A DNA stretch of 64,000 nt from Mobula hypostoma. Taxonomy: Eukaryota. This document shows positions 63,698 through 64,000 of the stretch, one piece after another (the first letter of the stretch is position 1; each line of letters starts with the position of its first letter). The stretch covers positions 92,258,001 to 92,322,000 of the forward strand of contig NC_086097.1 in assembly GCF_963921235.1 (NCBI RefSeq), given 5' to 3'. The position numbers were made by a program, and so were the translations under genes. The notes beneath the pieces are model-generated. The model had not been told where the DNA came from, did no database searches, and worked only from the letters and a program-made list of their open reading frames with translations.

Positions 63698-64000
63698 TGT
63701 TACGTACCCCGTAACTGGGTTGCCAAACCAGCAGAAATGGATCACTCAGTTGGAGTCTGGATTACTAGAACTAAGAAAGTTTTATTAAAGAAACAAGCAA
63801 CACAGTACTCTAATCAAAAGGATAATGAATGCAACAGTTCAGCAATGATAAACATACATGTACACAGAATTAAGATAACAGGATCAATCAAGCTCTATCG
63901 TTGTCTAGGGGTAAATGACCAGTTTCAAAGTGACGCACGGTTCAGTTCAGTTCGCAGTAATCGCTGCCATGGCGATGGACAGTGGGGGGAAGGAGAGAGA
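63698..64000 (-). repeat. 5' LTR (partial)
   Basis: Direct repeat of 59684-59987. Confidence 0.95.

Larger units (their letters stand above)
59684..64000 (-). mobile_element. Gmr1-like Ty3/Gypsy LTR retrotransposon, non-autonomous (5' LTR runs off the window)
   Basis: Direct LTRs starting at 59684 and 63698, with PBS, PPT, gag-protease ORFs and pol remnants between them. Confidence 0.92.

Overview
Eukaryotic, non-genic or intronic vertebrate DNA made almost entirely of nested transposable elements. The mix of CR1, Rex1/Babar, V-SINE/HE1-like SINEs, Penelope tails, RTE, L1, Tc1, hAT and Gmr1-type Gypsy is typical of a cartilaginous fish, probably a ray or shark; this is inference. No host protein-coding gene can be confidently supported, and nearly all listed ORFs are decayed TE ORFs or their antisense shadows. 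The most striking structure is a set of Penelope-like (Neptune-type) fold-back insertions of 124 bp, about 216 bp and 3.64 kb, each flanked by its own target-site duplication (TSD). Five minimal type-I hammerhead ribozyme motifs with intact stem I, plus one with a stem-I mismatch, sit in these and related tails, including a back-to-back pair on opposite strands. Also present are a near-full-length L1 lacking a poly(A) tail nested in a CR1, a young Gmr1-like LTR element with a shrunken pol, an RTE with a 5' inversion, a near-intact Tc1, and a hAT MITE with a CpG-rich 15-mer array. All family assignments come from motif recognition by eye, not database searches.
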